Source: an uncultured Bacteroidota bacterium
GTDB lineage: Bacteria > Bacteroidota > Bacteroidia > Flavobacteriales > Flavobacteriaceae
Length of the DNA stretch: 64,000 nucleotides
Reading direction: 5' to 3'
NCBI GenBank assembly: GCA_902635895.1
Contig: CACPPV010000003.1
Span: 11,830 to 75,829 of the forward strand
Below the pieces are notes generated by a model, which worked only from the letters and a program-made list of their open reading frames with translations, did no database searches and was not told where the DNA came from. Position 1 is the stretch's first letter; every line of letters begins with the position of its first letter. Of this stretch, positions 1 through 9,605 are shown piece after piece. The translations under genes and the position numbers were made by a program.

Positions 1-1759
1 ACTTATCAGGACTTGGACTAGGGCCAATTAGAACGGTGCCTAGCGGGTTAATTGCAGAGGAATTCGGAGTAAATGTCATAAAATCTGAGTTCTCAACTTC
101 AATATTCATAGTATTATTTATATCAGATGAAACCACAAGACCTAATTTAAGATTTGTTGAATCTTTTCTTACAACGTTTTTGATGTGCTCGCTTATTCTA
201 ATTTTATACATTAATCCATTCTTGTCCTCATCTAGTTCAATCAATCCACCATGGACAACTTTGTTTTGAAATTGGTCTGGACCTGAAGAATTATCTACAA
301 AGTAATCAATCACTGGAGCTTTATTTTTAATATCGTATAAATATAGCCTAGAAGGTTCAATGATTCCTCCGTTGGCTGACAACATTTCTTTGTCTATGTA
401 TAATGATATATTTGCTTCATTTACAAGCCATGGTTTAGATCTTATTTCTTCTAACACATCATCACCATTATCGTCTTTAAACAATTCAATTTCTGCCATT
501 ATTCCATCACCACCTTTTAAAAAGACTTGTTTGGGATTGGTTACAGTATCATTAATGGAAGTATAAACATACCCTGGATATGCATCTTTTTTAAAAGAAT
601 TTAGTTTTATCCCAGAAAATACAAGTTTAAATTCAGACTCCTCAGAATCAATAGTGTCATCGCTTGTATCATCAGGCGTGTCTTTCTTGTCGTATTTATC
701 GTAATCGTAAACAACTCTTACTTCAGCTTCATCAAAATTTAAGATCATCATTAATGGATCTGAAAAATCATAAGTCTCAATTATCAATCCTTTAAAAAAA
801 AGTTTAAAATTATCAATATTGGATGTTTCTTCAGAGCCTTCTTTATCTACAATCTTACTTTGGAAAAAATCATTATTTAGTTCAACTCTAATTCTTGGGG
901 TTAATCTTTCCTTTACAATTTCTGATTCGTCATCATCTTCAGTATCAGGATCGTCTTCTTGATAAAAAACTAACTCATTTGAATTAATTGAAATTTGATC
1001 ATCAAATAAAACAGTTCCTGCAAAATCTTGTGCTATTGTATTATTAGAATAATATTTTTGAAATTTTTCAAAATTAGCATCAGGATCATAAGGCCTTAAA
1101 AAGTACTCAAGTTCACTAACTTTTAATCTAAAAGTTGCTTGTGGATTACCCAATAATGAATCTAGCTCATATAAAGTTCTTCCAGCGTTAGGATTAATTG
1201 ACTCCGTATCATCCCCGTCTAAAATACCGTCTCCATCTGTGTCCTGATTAAGAGGATCTTGACCATTTGAAGTTTCTACAACATCAGCAACTCCATCTCC
1301 ATCTGAATCACTGTATGGGTCCGAACTGTCAACATCATAGATGTTAATTACTCCATCGTTATCATCGTCATCAACATTATTAAAAAATGGAATATCTAAA
1401 AAAACTTTTTTTACTTTTTCATTTTCAGGAATTACTGCAATATTATCATCGGATCCACTGTCTTCAGAAGATTGAGAAAACTCTCCAAAATCCAGTGAGG
1501 GGTCTTCAAAAGCAATTTGAGTTAAAAAACTTGCACTAGACTTACCATATATATTATCGTAATACTCGCCTAATTGAAAAGTAGTTAAAGAGTTAGCAAC
1601 ATAAGTTGGAATTTTTCTCATGGTGACCTTAACCGGCACTTCCTCTAAACTTGTATTAAATGGCTCATCATCAATAAGGTTTAAACCAATGGTATTATAG
1701 TCTTTATTACAAGATACTACTATCAATGAAATGAAAATGAGTTTTAAAAAATTTTTCAC
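1..1759 (-). CDS. Secreted lipoprotein, DUF4270-like, with Asp-rich thrombospondin-type-3-like Ca-binding repeats; C-terminus lies outside the window
   Basis: Absent from the supplied ORF track because it runs off the left edge. I translated the reverse strand and it is open from GTG (1759-1757) to base 1. N-terminus VKNFLKLIFISLIVVSCNKD is a signal peptide plus lipobox Cys. DSDGDGVAD and DTDGDGILDGDD repeats lie at about 1215-1385. The position next to the GT5-like gene and panCD is the usual Bacteroidota DUF4270 context (family name recalled from memory). Confidence 0.8.
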   Translation of the reverse strand, partial: MKNFLKLIFISLIVVSCNKDYNTIGLNLIDDEPFNTSLEEVPVKVTMRKIPTYVANSLTTFQLGEYYDNIYGKSSASFLTQIAFEDPSLDFGEFSQSSEDSGSDDNIAVIPENEKVKKVFLDIPFFNNVDDDDNDGVINIYDVDSSDPYSDSDGDGVADVVETSNGQDPLNQDTDGDGILDGDDTESINPNAGRTLYELDSLLGNPQATFRLKVSELEYFLRPYDPDANFEKFQKYYSNNTIAQDFAGTVLFDDQISINSNELVFYQEDDPDTEDDDESEIVKERLTPRIRVELNNDFFQSKIVDKEGSEETSNIDNFKLFFKGLIIETYDFSDPLMMILNFDEAEVRVVYDYDKYDKKDTPDDTSDDTIDSEESEFKLVFSGIKLNSFKKDAYPGYVYTSINDTVTNPKQVFLKGGDGIMAEIELFKDDNGDDVLEEIRSKPWLVNEANISLYIDKEMLSANGGIIEPSRLYLYDIKNKAPVIDYFVDNSSGPDQFQNKVVHGGLIELDEDKNGLMYKIRISEHIKNVVRKDSTNLKLGLVVSSDINNTMNIEVENSDFMTFTPNSSAINPLGTVLIGPSPSPDK

Positions 1760-1763
1760 TCGT

Positions 1764-2573
1764 TTAATTTAAAATCTTATCGTTATAAAATTCAATGTAT
1801 TGTTTTTCATATCCTTCAGAATAACCACATTTTAATGTTGGAATTTTTAAGGATTTGGCTAAATCTATATAGGACTCTTTAACATTATCGTTAGCAAAAA
1901 TTACCCCGTCAGAATTCATAATGGATATTTTGTACAAATTTTCGTAAGATGTCTTATCCAAAACTTTTAAAGTGTCACTTTCAACTTCATCGAATTTTAT
2001 TTTCTTAACAATCTCATTATTAAGATTTCCACTTATTTCGTTTTCATAAATTGAAGTGACAATTTTTGATTTGGAAAAAAGAGGGTCATCTTTATAATAT
2101 TCCTTTAAATATAGTGGCATGAGCGAAGCTATCCAGCCATGAACGTGAATTATATCAGGTGACCAATTTAATTTTTTTATAGTTTCAACAACTCCTTTTG
2201 CGAAAAAAATAGCTCTTTCATCATTGTCATCATACAACTTCTTCTTTTTATCTGAATCTAAAAGTCTATTTTTAAAATATTCTTCATTATCTATAAAGTA
2301 AACTTGCATTCTTTCCTTAGGAATTGATGCAACTTTTATAATTAATGGCATATCAAGATCATCAATAATAAGGTTCATCCCTGAAAGACGAATTACTTCA
2401 TGAAGCTGATGTCTTCTTTCATTTATAATCCCGTATTTAGGAATAAAAATTCTAGTTTGACCACCGTTTTTATTTACTACTTTAGGAAGACTGTAAGATA
2501 AAGTTGAAATGTCATTATTTGGTAAATAAGGAATAACTTCAGATGAAACGTAAAGTACTTTTTTACCAGTCAT
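1764..2573 (-). CDS. Glycogen/starch-synthase-like protein made only of a GT5-type N-terminal domain
   Basis: 269 aa. KKVLYVSSEVIPYLP and IIHVHGWIASLMPLYLK resemble the N-domain of GlgA-type synthases. The ORF ends 4 nt before the next gene, with no GT1 C-domain. Confidence 0.75.
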   Translation of the reverse strand: MTGKKVLYVSSEVIPYLPNNDISTLSYSLPKVVNKNGGQTRIFIPKYGIINERRHQLHEVIRLSGMNLIIDDLDMPLIIKVASIPKERMQVYFIDNEEYFKNRLLDSDKKKKLYDDNDERAIFFAKGVVETIKKLNWSPDIIHVHGWIASLMPLYLKEYYKDDPLFSKSKIVTSIYENEISGNLNNEIVKKIKFDEVESDTLKVLDKTSYENLYKISIMNSDGVIFANDNVKESYIDLAKSLKIPTLKCGYSEGYEKQYIEFYNDKILN

Positions 2574-2677
2574 AATTTCCTTTCTTAAAACTCAATTTAA
2601 TTGAAATGCGAAATTACAAAAATTATGTTAGATTTACGCTCAATTATCATATTTATACACTGTTAAAGTTTTATTAA

Positions 2678-3526
2678 ATGATTATCTGTTCTCTGAAATC
2701 TGAAGTTGGGAATCACATTAACAATGATTTATTATTAGGTAAAACTATTGGCTTAGTTCCAACCATGGGCTCACTTCACAATGGGCATTTATCATTAATT
2801 GAGAGTGCTGTCAAAATGTGTGATAAAGTTTGGGTTTCAATATTTGTAAATCCCACACAATTCAATAATAAAAGTGATCTAAAAAAATATCCTTACGATT
2901 TAAAAAAGGATATTGAACTTATTAAAAATATTTCAGAAAAAATATATGTTTTTGCTCCAAAAACTAAAGAAATGTATGAAGATGAAATAAAGCATAAAAA
3001 TTACGATTTTCAAGGCGTTGATTCTGAGCTTGAAGGAAAATACAGAAAAAATCATTTTAACGGAGTAGGGACGATCGTTTCCAAGTTGTTTTTTTTATTT
3101 AAACCAACAAAAGCTTTTTTTGGAGAAAAGGATTTTCAACAAACCCAGGTTATTCAAAAATTAATAGAAATTGAAAATCACAAAACACAATTAGTAATTT
3201 GCCCAACAGTTAGAGAAAAGAACGGATTAGCCATGAGCTCAAGAAATTCTTTGCTTTCAGATGAATTAAAAGAAAAAGCTTCAATTATCTATGAAACTTT
3301 ATTGCACTTAAAAAGTAATTTCAAAACGCAGGAATTTAACGCTCTAATTAATGAATGCGTAAATAAAATTGACTCTAATAATTGTTTTAAAACAGAGTAT
3401 TTTGAAATAGTTAATTCTATCTCGCTAAAAAAATTAAATTCATTTAGTGAAAAAAATAGTCACAGAGCGTTTGTTTCAGTTTTAGTTGACAATGTAAGAT
3501 TAATTGATAATATTTTGTTGAATTAA
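2678..3526 (+). CDS. panC: Pantoate--beta-alanine ligase
   Basis: [17 protein letters not shown] (HIGH-like motif), FGEKDFQQ, and size of 282 aa; followed by panD. Confidence 0.95.
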   Translation: MIICSLKSEVGNHINNDLLLGKTIGLVPTMGSLHNGHLSLIESAVKMCDKVWVSIFVNPTQFNNKSDLKKYPYDLKKDIELIKNISEKIYVFAPKTKEMYEDEIKHKNYDFQGVDSELEGKYRKNHFNGVGTIVSKLFFLFKPTKAFFGEKDFQQTQVIQKLIEIENHKTQLVICPTVREKNGLAMSSRNSLLSDELKEKASIIYETLLHLKSNFKTQEFNALINECVNKIDSNNCFKTEYFEIVNSISLKKLNSFSEKNSHRAFVSVLVDNVRLIDNILLN

Positions 3527-3528
3527 TA

Positions 3529-3536
3529 TATATTTG
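3529..3536 (+). promoter_or_regulatory. Bacteroidota-type -7 box TATATTTG just upstream of panD
   Basis: Exact match to TAnnTTTG. Its G lies 4 nt before the panD ATG (3541), so a near-leaderless internal promoter is possible. Confidence 0.35.
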
Positions 3537-3540
3537 CCTG

Positions 3541-3891
3541 ATGCAAATTGAAGTTTTTAAATCCAAAATACATCGAGTCACAGTTACGGATTGTGAACTT
3601 AATTATATTGGAAGTATCACAATTGATGAGTCTTTAATTGAGGCAGCAAATATGGTAGTTGGTGAAAAAGTCCAAGTAGTAAATATTAACAACGGAGAAA
3701 GACTTGAAACTTACATTATAAAAGGTAAAAGAGATAGCGGAGAAATAACTTTGAATGGTCCAGCTGCAAGAAAGGTTCAAAAAGGAGATAAAGTTATAAT
3801 AATTAGTTACGCAAGAATGAGTGTAGAGGATGCAAAAAACTTTAACCCAACTCTAATATTCCCAGATAAAAATAATCTTCTTAAATCATAA
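3541..3891 (+). CDS. panD: Aspartate 1-decarboxylase (pyruvoyl-dependent)
   Basis: [30 protein letters not shown] contains the Gly-Ser self-cleavage site; 116 aa. Confidence 0.95.
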   Translation: MQIEVFKSKIHRVTVTDCELNYIGSITIDESLIEAANMVVGEKVQVVNINNGERLETYIIKGKRDSGEITLNGPAARKVQKGDKVIIISYARMSVEDAKNFNPTLIFPDKNNLLKS

Positions 3892-4814
3892 TGCAAAAAT
3901 TTGCATTTAAGTGGTTTAAAAATCTTTTTCCTCCCTTTCTAGGATTTTTTCTGATTTACTACTCTTACATCAATACTACTGCTGAAAATAAAAATACTAT
4001 TTACTCATCTATACTTAATGCAGATTATTTTTTTGTTTTAATATCAGTTTTTCTTGGGTTTTTGAGTCACTTTATTAGAGCTCTACGATGGAAAAACATG
4101 TTGTCTCCTATTGGACACAACATAAAGTTTAGGAATTCACTTATGTGTGTTTTCATTGCCTTTTTATCAAATTTAGGCTTTCCAAGATCAGGTGAAATAT
4201 TAAGATCTTCATCAATTTCTTTCTATGAAAAAATACCATTTGAAAAGAGCTTTGGAACCCTAATTACTGAAAGAATAATAGATGCTTGTTTGCTAGGATT
4301 AATCATAGTTTATGGATCTTTAATTTCAGCTAGTATTAGCTTATCTGAGTTTTCATACGCCTATTTTTTAATTTTTGGGGTTCTCTTTGTATCCATTTTT
4401 TTAATAACAAAAATTAATTTAAACCCTAGAATTTCAAAAATTGTTAAGGGCTTAAAAAAAGGAGTAATGTCGGTCTCAAAAATTAAAAACAAAACTATTT
4501 TTACTCTACATACTTTATTAATTTGGGTGTGCTATTTTCTAATGTTTTACTTAGTAAAATTTAGTATTAACGAAACCATGAACCTTGAGTTTGAAGCTCT
4601 AATTTTAGCTTTTATAGCAGGTGCAATAACTATGTCACTTACAAATGGAGGTATTGGAGCATATCCTCTAGCTATTGCAGCTGTAATAAGTCAATACGAT
4701 GTTTCTTACGAAAACGCTTTAGCATTAGGTTGGATAGTTTGGAGCACACAAACATTAATGATTATTTTTTTTGGAATATTATCTTTTATTTTTTTACCTA
4801 TATTAAACAAATAA
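3891..4814 (+). CDS. Flippase-like / lysylphosphatidylglycerol-synthase-TM-region family membrane protein
   Basis: 307 aa polytopic membrane protein; FIRALRWK motif typical of the UPF0104 family. Start overlaps the panD stop (TAATG). Confidence 0.65.
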   Translation: MQKFAFKWFKNLFPPFLGFFLIYYSYINTTAENKNTIYSSILNADYFFVLISVFLGFLSHFIRALRWKNMLSPIGHNIKFRNSLMCVFIAFLSNLGFPRSGEILRSSSISFYEKIPFEKSFGTLITERIIDACLLGLIIVYGSLISASISLSEFSYAYFLIFGVLFVSIFLITKINLNPRISKIVKGLKKGVMSVSKIKNKTIFTLHTLLIWVCYFLMFYLVKFSINETMNLEFEALILAFIAGAITMSLTNGGIGAYPLAIAAVISQYDVSYENALALGWIVWSTQTLMIIFFGILSFIFLPILNK

Positions 4815-4820
4815 TTGATT

Positions 4821-6185
4821 ATGTCTAAAGTTAAATCTACATTTTGTTGTCAGAGTTGTGGGGCCCAACATTCTAAATGGCTAGGTCAATGTAGCTCTTG
4901 TAAACAATGGAATACAATAGTTGAGGAAATTATTAAAAAAGAAAGTACTCCAACATTAGGTCTTACAAAAGATCAACTTTCCTCTAAAATACAGTTAATA
5001 AGTGATGTAGATTTTAATAATGATCCCAGACTAAGCGTATCGGATGAAGAATTTAACAGAGTTCTTGGTGGTGGAATTGTTCCTGGATCTTTAATTTTGA
5101 TTGGAGGGGAACCAGGAATAGGAAAGTCCACATTACTTTTACAAATATCATTAAAAATGAAGCATAAAGTTCTTTATGTTTCTGGTGAAGAAAGTCAACA
5201 ACAAATAAGTAGAAGAGCCAATAGGATTGAAAATAATTCTGAAAACTGTTACATTTTAAACGAAACCAACGTTGAAACAATTTTAACTCAAATTAACACT
5301 TTAAATCCTGATTTACTTATTATAGATTCTATTCAAACACTACAAACTGATTTGATTGATAGTAGCCCTGGAAGTGTATCTCAAATTAAGGAATCTACAT
5401 CTCAATTTTTAAAATATTCCAAAAAATCAAACTTACCCGTTTTCCTTGTTGGTCACATAACAAAAGATGGAGGAATAGCTGGCCCAAAGGTTTTAGAACA
5501 TATGGTAGATGTTGTTCTTCAATTTGAGGGAGATAGAAACAATTTATACAGGATTCTTAGAGTGAAAAAAAATAGATTTGGATCAACTGCTGAAATAGGA
5601 ATTTATGAAATGTTAAATAATGGTTTAAGAGCTGTTCATAACCCTAGCGAATTATTAATTTCAAATAATAAATTAGATCTAAGTGGAAATGCAATAGCAT
5701 CAACTATTGAAGGAATTAGACCTATTATGATAGAAATTCAAGCTTTGGTCAGTAGTGCTGTATATGGCACACCTCAAAGAAGTACAACAGGTTTCAATTC
5801 TAAAAGGTTGAATATGCTTTTAGCTGTATTAGAGAAAAGAGCAGGTTTTAAATTAGGGACAAAAGATGTTTTTTTAAATATTACTGGTGGTATAAAAATT
5901 GAAGATCCTGCAATTGATTTAGCTGTAGTCGCGGCAATCCTTTCAAGTAATTTTAATATTCCGTTAAAAAAAGGGGTTTGTTTTGCAGCAGAAATAGGAC
6001 TTTCTGGGGAACTAAGGCCTGTTCCTAAAATTGATCAAAGAATAAACGAAGCTGAAAAACTAGGATTTAAAACCTTAATAATTTCTTCTCAATCAAAAAT
6101 AAATATTAAAACTCAAAATATTAAAGTTGTTGAGTTTCCAACAATTGAATCGGTTTTGAAAATTCTATTTAAGGAGCAGGATTAG
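4821..6185 (+). CDS. radA: DNA repair protein RadA
   Basis: N-terminal Zn finger CQSCGAQHSKWLGQCSSC, Walker A GEPGIGKST, KNRFG motif, Lon-like C-domain. The ORF track starts at TTG 4815; ATG 4821 (MSKVK) is more likely. Confidence 0.95.
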   Translation: MSKVKSTFCCQSCGAQHSKWLGQCSSCKQWNTIVEEIIKKESTPTLGLTKDQLSSKIQLISDVDFNNDPRLSVSDEEFNRVLGGGIVPGSLILIGGEPGIGKSTLLLQISLKMKHKVLYVSGEESQQQISRRANRIENNSENCYILNETNVETILTQINTLNPDLLIIDSIQTLQTDLIDSSPGSVSQIKESTSQFLKYSKKSNLPVFLVGHITKDGGIAGPKVLEHMVDVVLQFEGDRNNLYRILRVKKNRFGSTAEIGIYEMLNNGLRAVHNPSELLISNNKLDLSGNAIASTIEGIRPIMIEIQALVSSAVYGTPQRSTTGFNSKRLNMLLAVLEKRAGFKLGTKDVFLNITGGIKIEDPAIDLAVVAAILSSNFNIPLKKGVCFAAEIGLSGELRPVPKIDQRINEAEKLGFKTLIISSQSKINIKTQNIKVVEFPTIESVLKILFKEQD

Positions 6186-7203
6186 GAATCTTGTTGTGAA
6201 TTTTTTCTATCTCACTTAAAACTTCCTCACCAAGATCAATATTTATACTTTCTATGTTCTCTTTTAGCTGAGATAATTTTGAAGCTCCAATAATATTACT
6301 AGTTACAAAAGGTCTAGAATTTACAAATGATAATGACATCTGGGTTAAACTAATATCATGCTTTTTTGCAATTTCATAATAATATTGTGTTGCTTTCATT
6401 GAATTTTCTCCGGAAAATCTACTTAAATTAGGAAACAAACTTAATCTACTATCATTGGGAATTTTCCCATTTAAGTATTTACCGCTTAAAACACCAAAAC
6501 CCAATGGAGAATAGGCTAACAATCCAACATTTTCCCTCTTACATATCTCAGCATTACCAACTTCAAAAAGCCTGTTTAATAGCGAATATGGGTTCTGAAT
6601 AGTAATTGTTTTTGGTAAATCCTTTTTTGATAGTTCTAAATATTTCATAAAACCCCATGGGTTTTCATTGGAGAGTCCAATAGTTCTAATTTTACCACTG
6701 GAAATTAATTTTTTTAAACACTCTAAAACTGACTGAAAATTTTCTTGCCATTGATCGTCAAAACTTGCATTAAATCCTCTTTTACCAAAAGTATTAGTAA
6801 CTCTTTCTGGCCAATGTAATTGATACAGATCAATATAATCAGTTTGTAATCTTTTTAAACTTCCGTCGACAGCAGAAACTAATGACTTTTCTGAAAATCC
6901 CGTTGTGCGAATATGCTTTGTATAATCGCCAGGGCCTGCAATTTTAGTAGCAAGAACTATTTGATCTCGGTTATTTCTTTGATTCATCCATTTACCAATA
7001 ATTTTTTCGGTGTCAGCATAAAGTGCTGCAGTAGCTGGAACAGGATAAAGCTCAGCGGTATCAAAAAAGTTAACTCCATTGTCTAAAGCATAGTCCATTT
7101 GTTCAAATCCTTCCATTTCAGAATTTTGATTTCCGAACGTCATTGTACCTAAACAAATCTTACTAACTTTAATTTTAGTCGATGGCAAATAAGAGTATTT
7201 CAT
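6169..7203 (-). CDS. NADP(H)-dependent aldo/keto reductase, Tas-like
   Basis: LGTMTFGNQNSE and FDTAELYPVP closely resemble E. coli Tas; 344 aa. The 3' end overlaps radA by 17 nt. Confidence 0.9.
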   Translation of the reverse strand: MKYSYLPSTKIKVSKICLGTMTFGNQNSEMEGFEQMDYALDNGVNFFDTAELYPVPATAALYADTEKIIGKWMNQRNNRDQIVLATKIAGPGDYTKHIRTTGFSEKSLVSAVDGSLKRLQTDYIDLYQLHWPERVTNTFGKRGFNASFDDQWQENFQSVLECLKKLISSGKIRTIGLSNENPWGFMKYLELSKKDLPKTITIQNPYSLLNRLFEVGNAEICKRENVGLLAYSPLGFGVLSGKYLNGKIPNDSRLSLFPNLSRFSGENSMKATQYYYEIAKKHDISLTQMSLSFVNSRPFVTSNIIGASKLSQLKENIESINIDLGEEVLSEIEKIHNKIPNPAP

Positions 7204-7208
7204 TTAAT

Positions 7209-7973
7209 TTATAATTTTAGTTCAACAACAATTGGACAATGATCTGAGTGAAAAACTTGATCTAAAATGGATGAAGATTTAATCTTAGCTCTTAAATTTT
7301 CTGAAACTAAATTGTAATCGATTCTCCATCCCTTATTATTTGCTCTAGAATTTGCTCTATAACTCCACCAACTATATTTATGAGGTTCTTTGTTTAATTC
7401 CCTAAAAGAATCAATAAAACCTAAATTTATAAATTCTGAAAGCCATTCTCTTTCCCAAGGCAAAAATCCAGAAACTTTTGCGTTTCTAATTGGATCATGA
7501 ATATCAATTGCTTCATGACAGATATTATAATCCCCACAAATAACTAGGTTTGAAATATTTGTTTTGAGATCTGAAATGTAATCCTTAAACTCTTTCATAT
7601 ATTTAAACTTATAATCAAGTCTTTTGATATTTGTTCCTGAGGGCAAGTATAAACTCATGACTGAAAGATTTTCAAAATCAATCCTTAAATTTCTGCCTTC
7701 AAAATCCATATGATCAATACCGGTACCATATTCAATATTAATTGGCTTGTGCTTGGAAAGTATAGCAACTCCACTATATCCTTTTTTTTGAGCGGAAAAC
7801 CAATAATGATAATCGTATCCTATTTCAGAAAATTGGTCTAAATCAAACTGATCCTTGTTAGCTTTAATCTCTTGTAAACAGATAACATCACAGTTTGTTT
7901 TTTTGAGCCAATCAAGAAAGCCTTTTTTTAAAGCAGCACGTATGCCATTAACATTGTATGAAATAATCTTCAT
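7209..7973 (-). CDS. xth: Exodeoxyribonuclease III
   Basis: MKIISYNVNGIRA, CLQE and SDHCP motifs of the EEP/ExoIII family; 254 aa. Confidence 0.93.
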   Translation of the reverse strand: MKIISYNVNGIRAALKKGFLDWLKKTNCDVICLQEIKANKDQFDLDQFSEIGYDYHYWFSAQKKGYSGVAILSKHKPINIEYGTGIDHMDFEGRNLRIDFENLSVMSLYLPSGTNIKRLDYKFKYMKEFKDYISDLKTNISNLVICGDYNICHEAIDIHDPIRNAKVSGFLPWEREWLSEFINLGFIDSFRELNKEPHKYSWWSYRANSRANNKGWRIDYNLVSENLRAKIKSSSILDQVFHSDHCPIVVELKL

Positions 7974-7974
7974 T

Positions 7975-9510
7975 TTAAAAACTCAACCAAGTTTTAATGT
8001 CCAATTCGTTTTTGATTTTTGTTTTTACTTCATCTACTGTCATTCTTTGTTGAACCATCGAATCTCTGTCTCTAATAGTAACAGTACCATCATCAAGAGT
8101 TTGATGGTCGATTGTTAAACAGAATGGAGTGCCTAGTGCATCTTGTCTTCTGTATCTTCTGCCTATAGCATCTTTTTCATCATAGACAGTATTAAAATCC
8201 CATTTGAAATCTTCAATTATTTTTTTAGACAGCTCTGGAAGGCCGTCTTTTTTTAATAATGGAAGTATAGCGATTTTTTTTGGAGCCAAAATTTTGGGTA
8301 TTTTCAAAACGACTCTTTTTGAACCGTCAGCTAATTCTTCCTCAATTAAAGATTTTGAAAAAACAGCTAAAAACATTCTATCTAGACCAATTGATGTTTC
8401 CAGAACGTAGGGAGTATAGCTTTCATTGGATTGTGGATCGAAGTATTTAATCTTTTTTGAAGAATATTTTTCATGACTTGAAAGATCAAAATCAGTTCTC
8501 GAATGAATTCCCTCAAGTTCTTTAAAGCCAAAAGGGAAATTAAATTCAATATCACATGCAGCATCAGCATAATGAGCTAACTTTTCATGGTCATGAAATC
8601 TATAATTTTCTTTTCCTAATCCTAGCGATAAATGCCAAGCCAATCTAGTTTTTTTCCATTTTGAATACCACTCTTTTTGAGTGCCTGGCTTAATGAAATA
8701 TTGCATTTCCATTTGTTCAAATTCTCTCATTCTAAAAATAAACTGTCTAGCTACAATTTCATTTCTAAAAGCTTTTCCAATTTGAGCTATACCAAAAGGA
8801 ATTTTTAGTCTTCCTGTCTTCTGTACATTTAAAAAATTGACAAAAATTCCCTGAGCTGTCTCAGGTCGTAAATAAAGATCTGTAGCATTTTCCGCTGATG
8901 CACCAAGCTTAGTCCCAAACATCAAATTAAATTGTTTTACGTCGGTCCAGTTCTTAGAACCAGAAACAGGACAAACTATTTCTAGGTCTTCTATCAATTT
9001 CTTTAAAGAAATTAAATCGTCACTTTCAAGAGCTTTACTAAAAGTCTCTGTTATATCTTTAATTTTTGTTTTATATCCAACAACTCTGGGGTTAGTTGAT
9101 GAAAATTGATCTAAATCAAAATTATCTCCGAATCTTTTCTTTGCTTTTGAAACTTCTTTTAAGATTTTGTTTTCAATTTTAGCAATATGTTCTTCAACTA
9201 GTACGTCCGCTCTATATCTCTTTTTTGAATCTTTATTATCAATCAAAGGATCATTAAATGCATCTACATGACCAGATGCTTTCCAAATTGTTGGATGCAT
9301 TAAAATAGCCGAATCAATATTTACAATATTTTCATTAAGCTGAACCATAGATTTGATCCAATAATCTTTAATATTGTTTTTAAGATCCGTTCCATTTTGT
9401 CCATAATCGTAAACAGCACTTAAGCCGTCATATATCTCACTTGATTGAAAAATAAACCCATATTCTTTCGCATGGGAAATTACTTTCTTAAATTTATCCT
9501 CATTACTCAT
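7975..9510 (-). CDS. glyQS: Glycine--tRNA ligase (homodimeric type)
   Basis: 511 aa; GLSAVYDYGQNG, FRNEI, and the class II motifs of the GlyQS type. Confidence 0.95.
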   Translation of the reverse strand: MSNEDKFKKVISHAKEYGFIFQSSEIYDGLSAVYDYGQNGTDLKNNIKDYWIKSMVQLNENIVNIDSAILMHPTIWKASGHVDAFNDPLIDNKDSKKRYRADVLVEEHIAKIENKILKEVSKAKKRFGDNFDLDQFSSTNPRVVGYKTKIKDITETFSKALESDDLISLKKLIEDLEIVCPVSGSKNWTDVKQFNLMFGTKLGASAENATDLYLRPETAQGIFVNFLNVQKTGRLKIPFGIAQIGKAFRNEIVARQFIFRMREFEQMEMQYFIKPGTQKEWYSKWKKTRLAWHLSLGLGKENYRFHDHEKLAHYADAACDIEFNFPFGFKELEGIHSRTDFDLSSHEKYSSKKIKYFDPQSNESYTPYVLETSIGLDRMFLAVFSKSLIEEELADGSKRVVLKIPKILAPKKIAILPLLKKDGLPELSKKIIEDFKWDFNTVYDEKDAIGRRYRRQDALGTPFCLTIDHQTLDDGTVTIRDRDSMVQQRMTVDEVKTKIKNELDIKTWLSF

Positions 9511-9605
9511 ATGGCTAAAATAAGAGTAAATTTTATAATAATTCCATAAATTAATTTAAAATAGAAATGGAAAAATTAATTGTTATTTTGCTTTAAATAA
9601 AAACA

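Noticed and set aside
36-566. Forward-strand ORFs 36-269 and 360-566 from the six-frame track.
   Set aside because: They lie antisense to a long uninterrupted reverse-strand frame with a clear lipoprotein N-terminus and Ca-binding repeats. Their translations are low-complexity with no motifs, so they are shadow ORFs.
1764-2573. Possibility that the GT5-like gene is a recent truncation with a decayed C-terminal half downstream.
   Set aside because: Only 4 nt separate its stop from the start of the next intact gene, so there is no room for a degraded C-domain. I still flag its function as unclear.
2592-2604. 13-bp palindrome TCAATT-T-AATTGA in the GT5-like/panC divergent region.
   Set aside because: It is short, made entirely of A/T-rich arms, and not repeated elsewhere in the window. 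It is indistinguishable from chance symmetry at this base composition.
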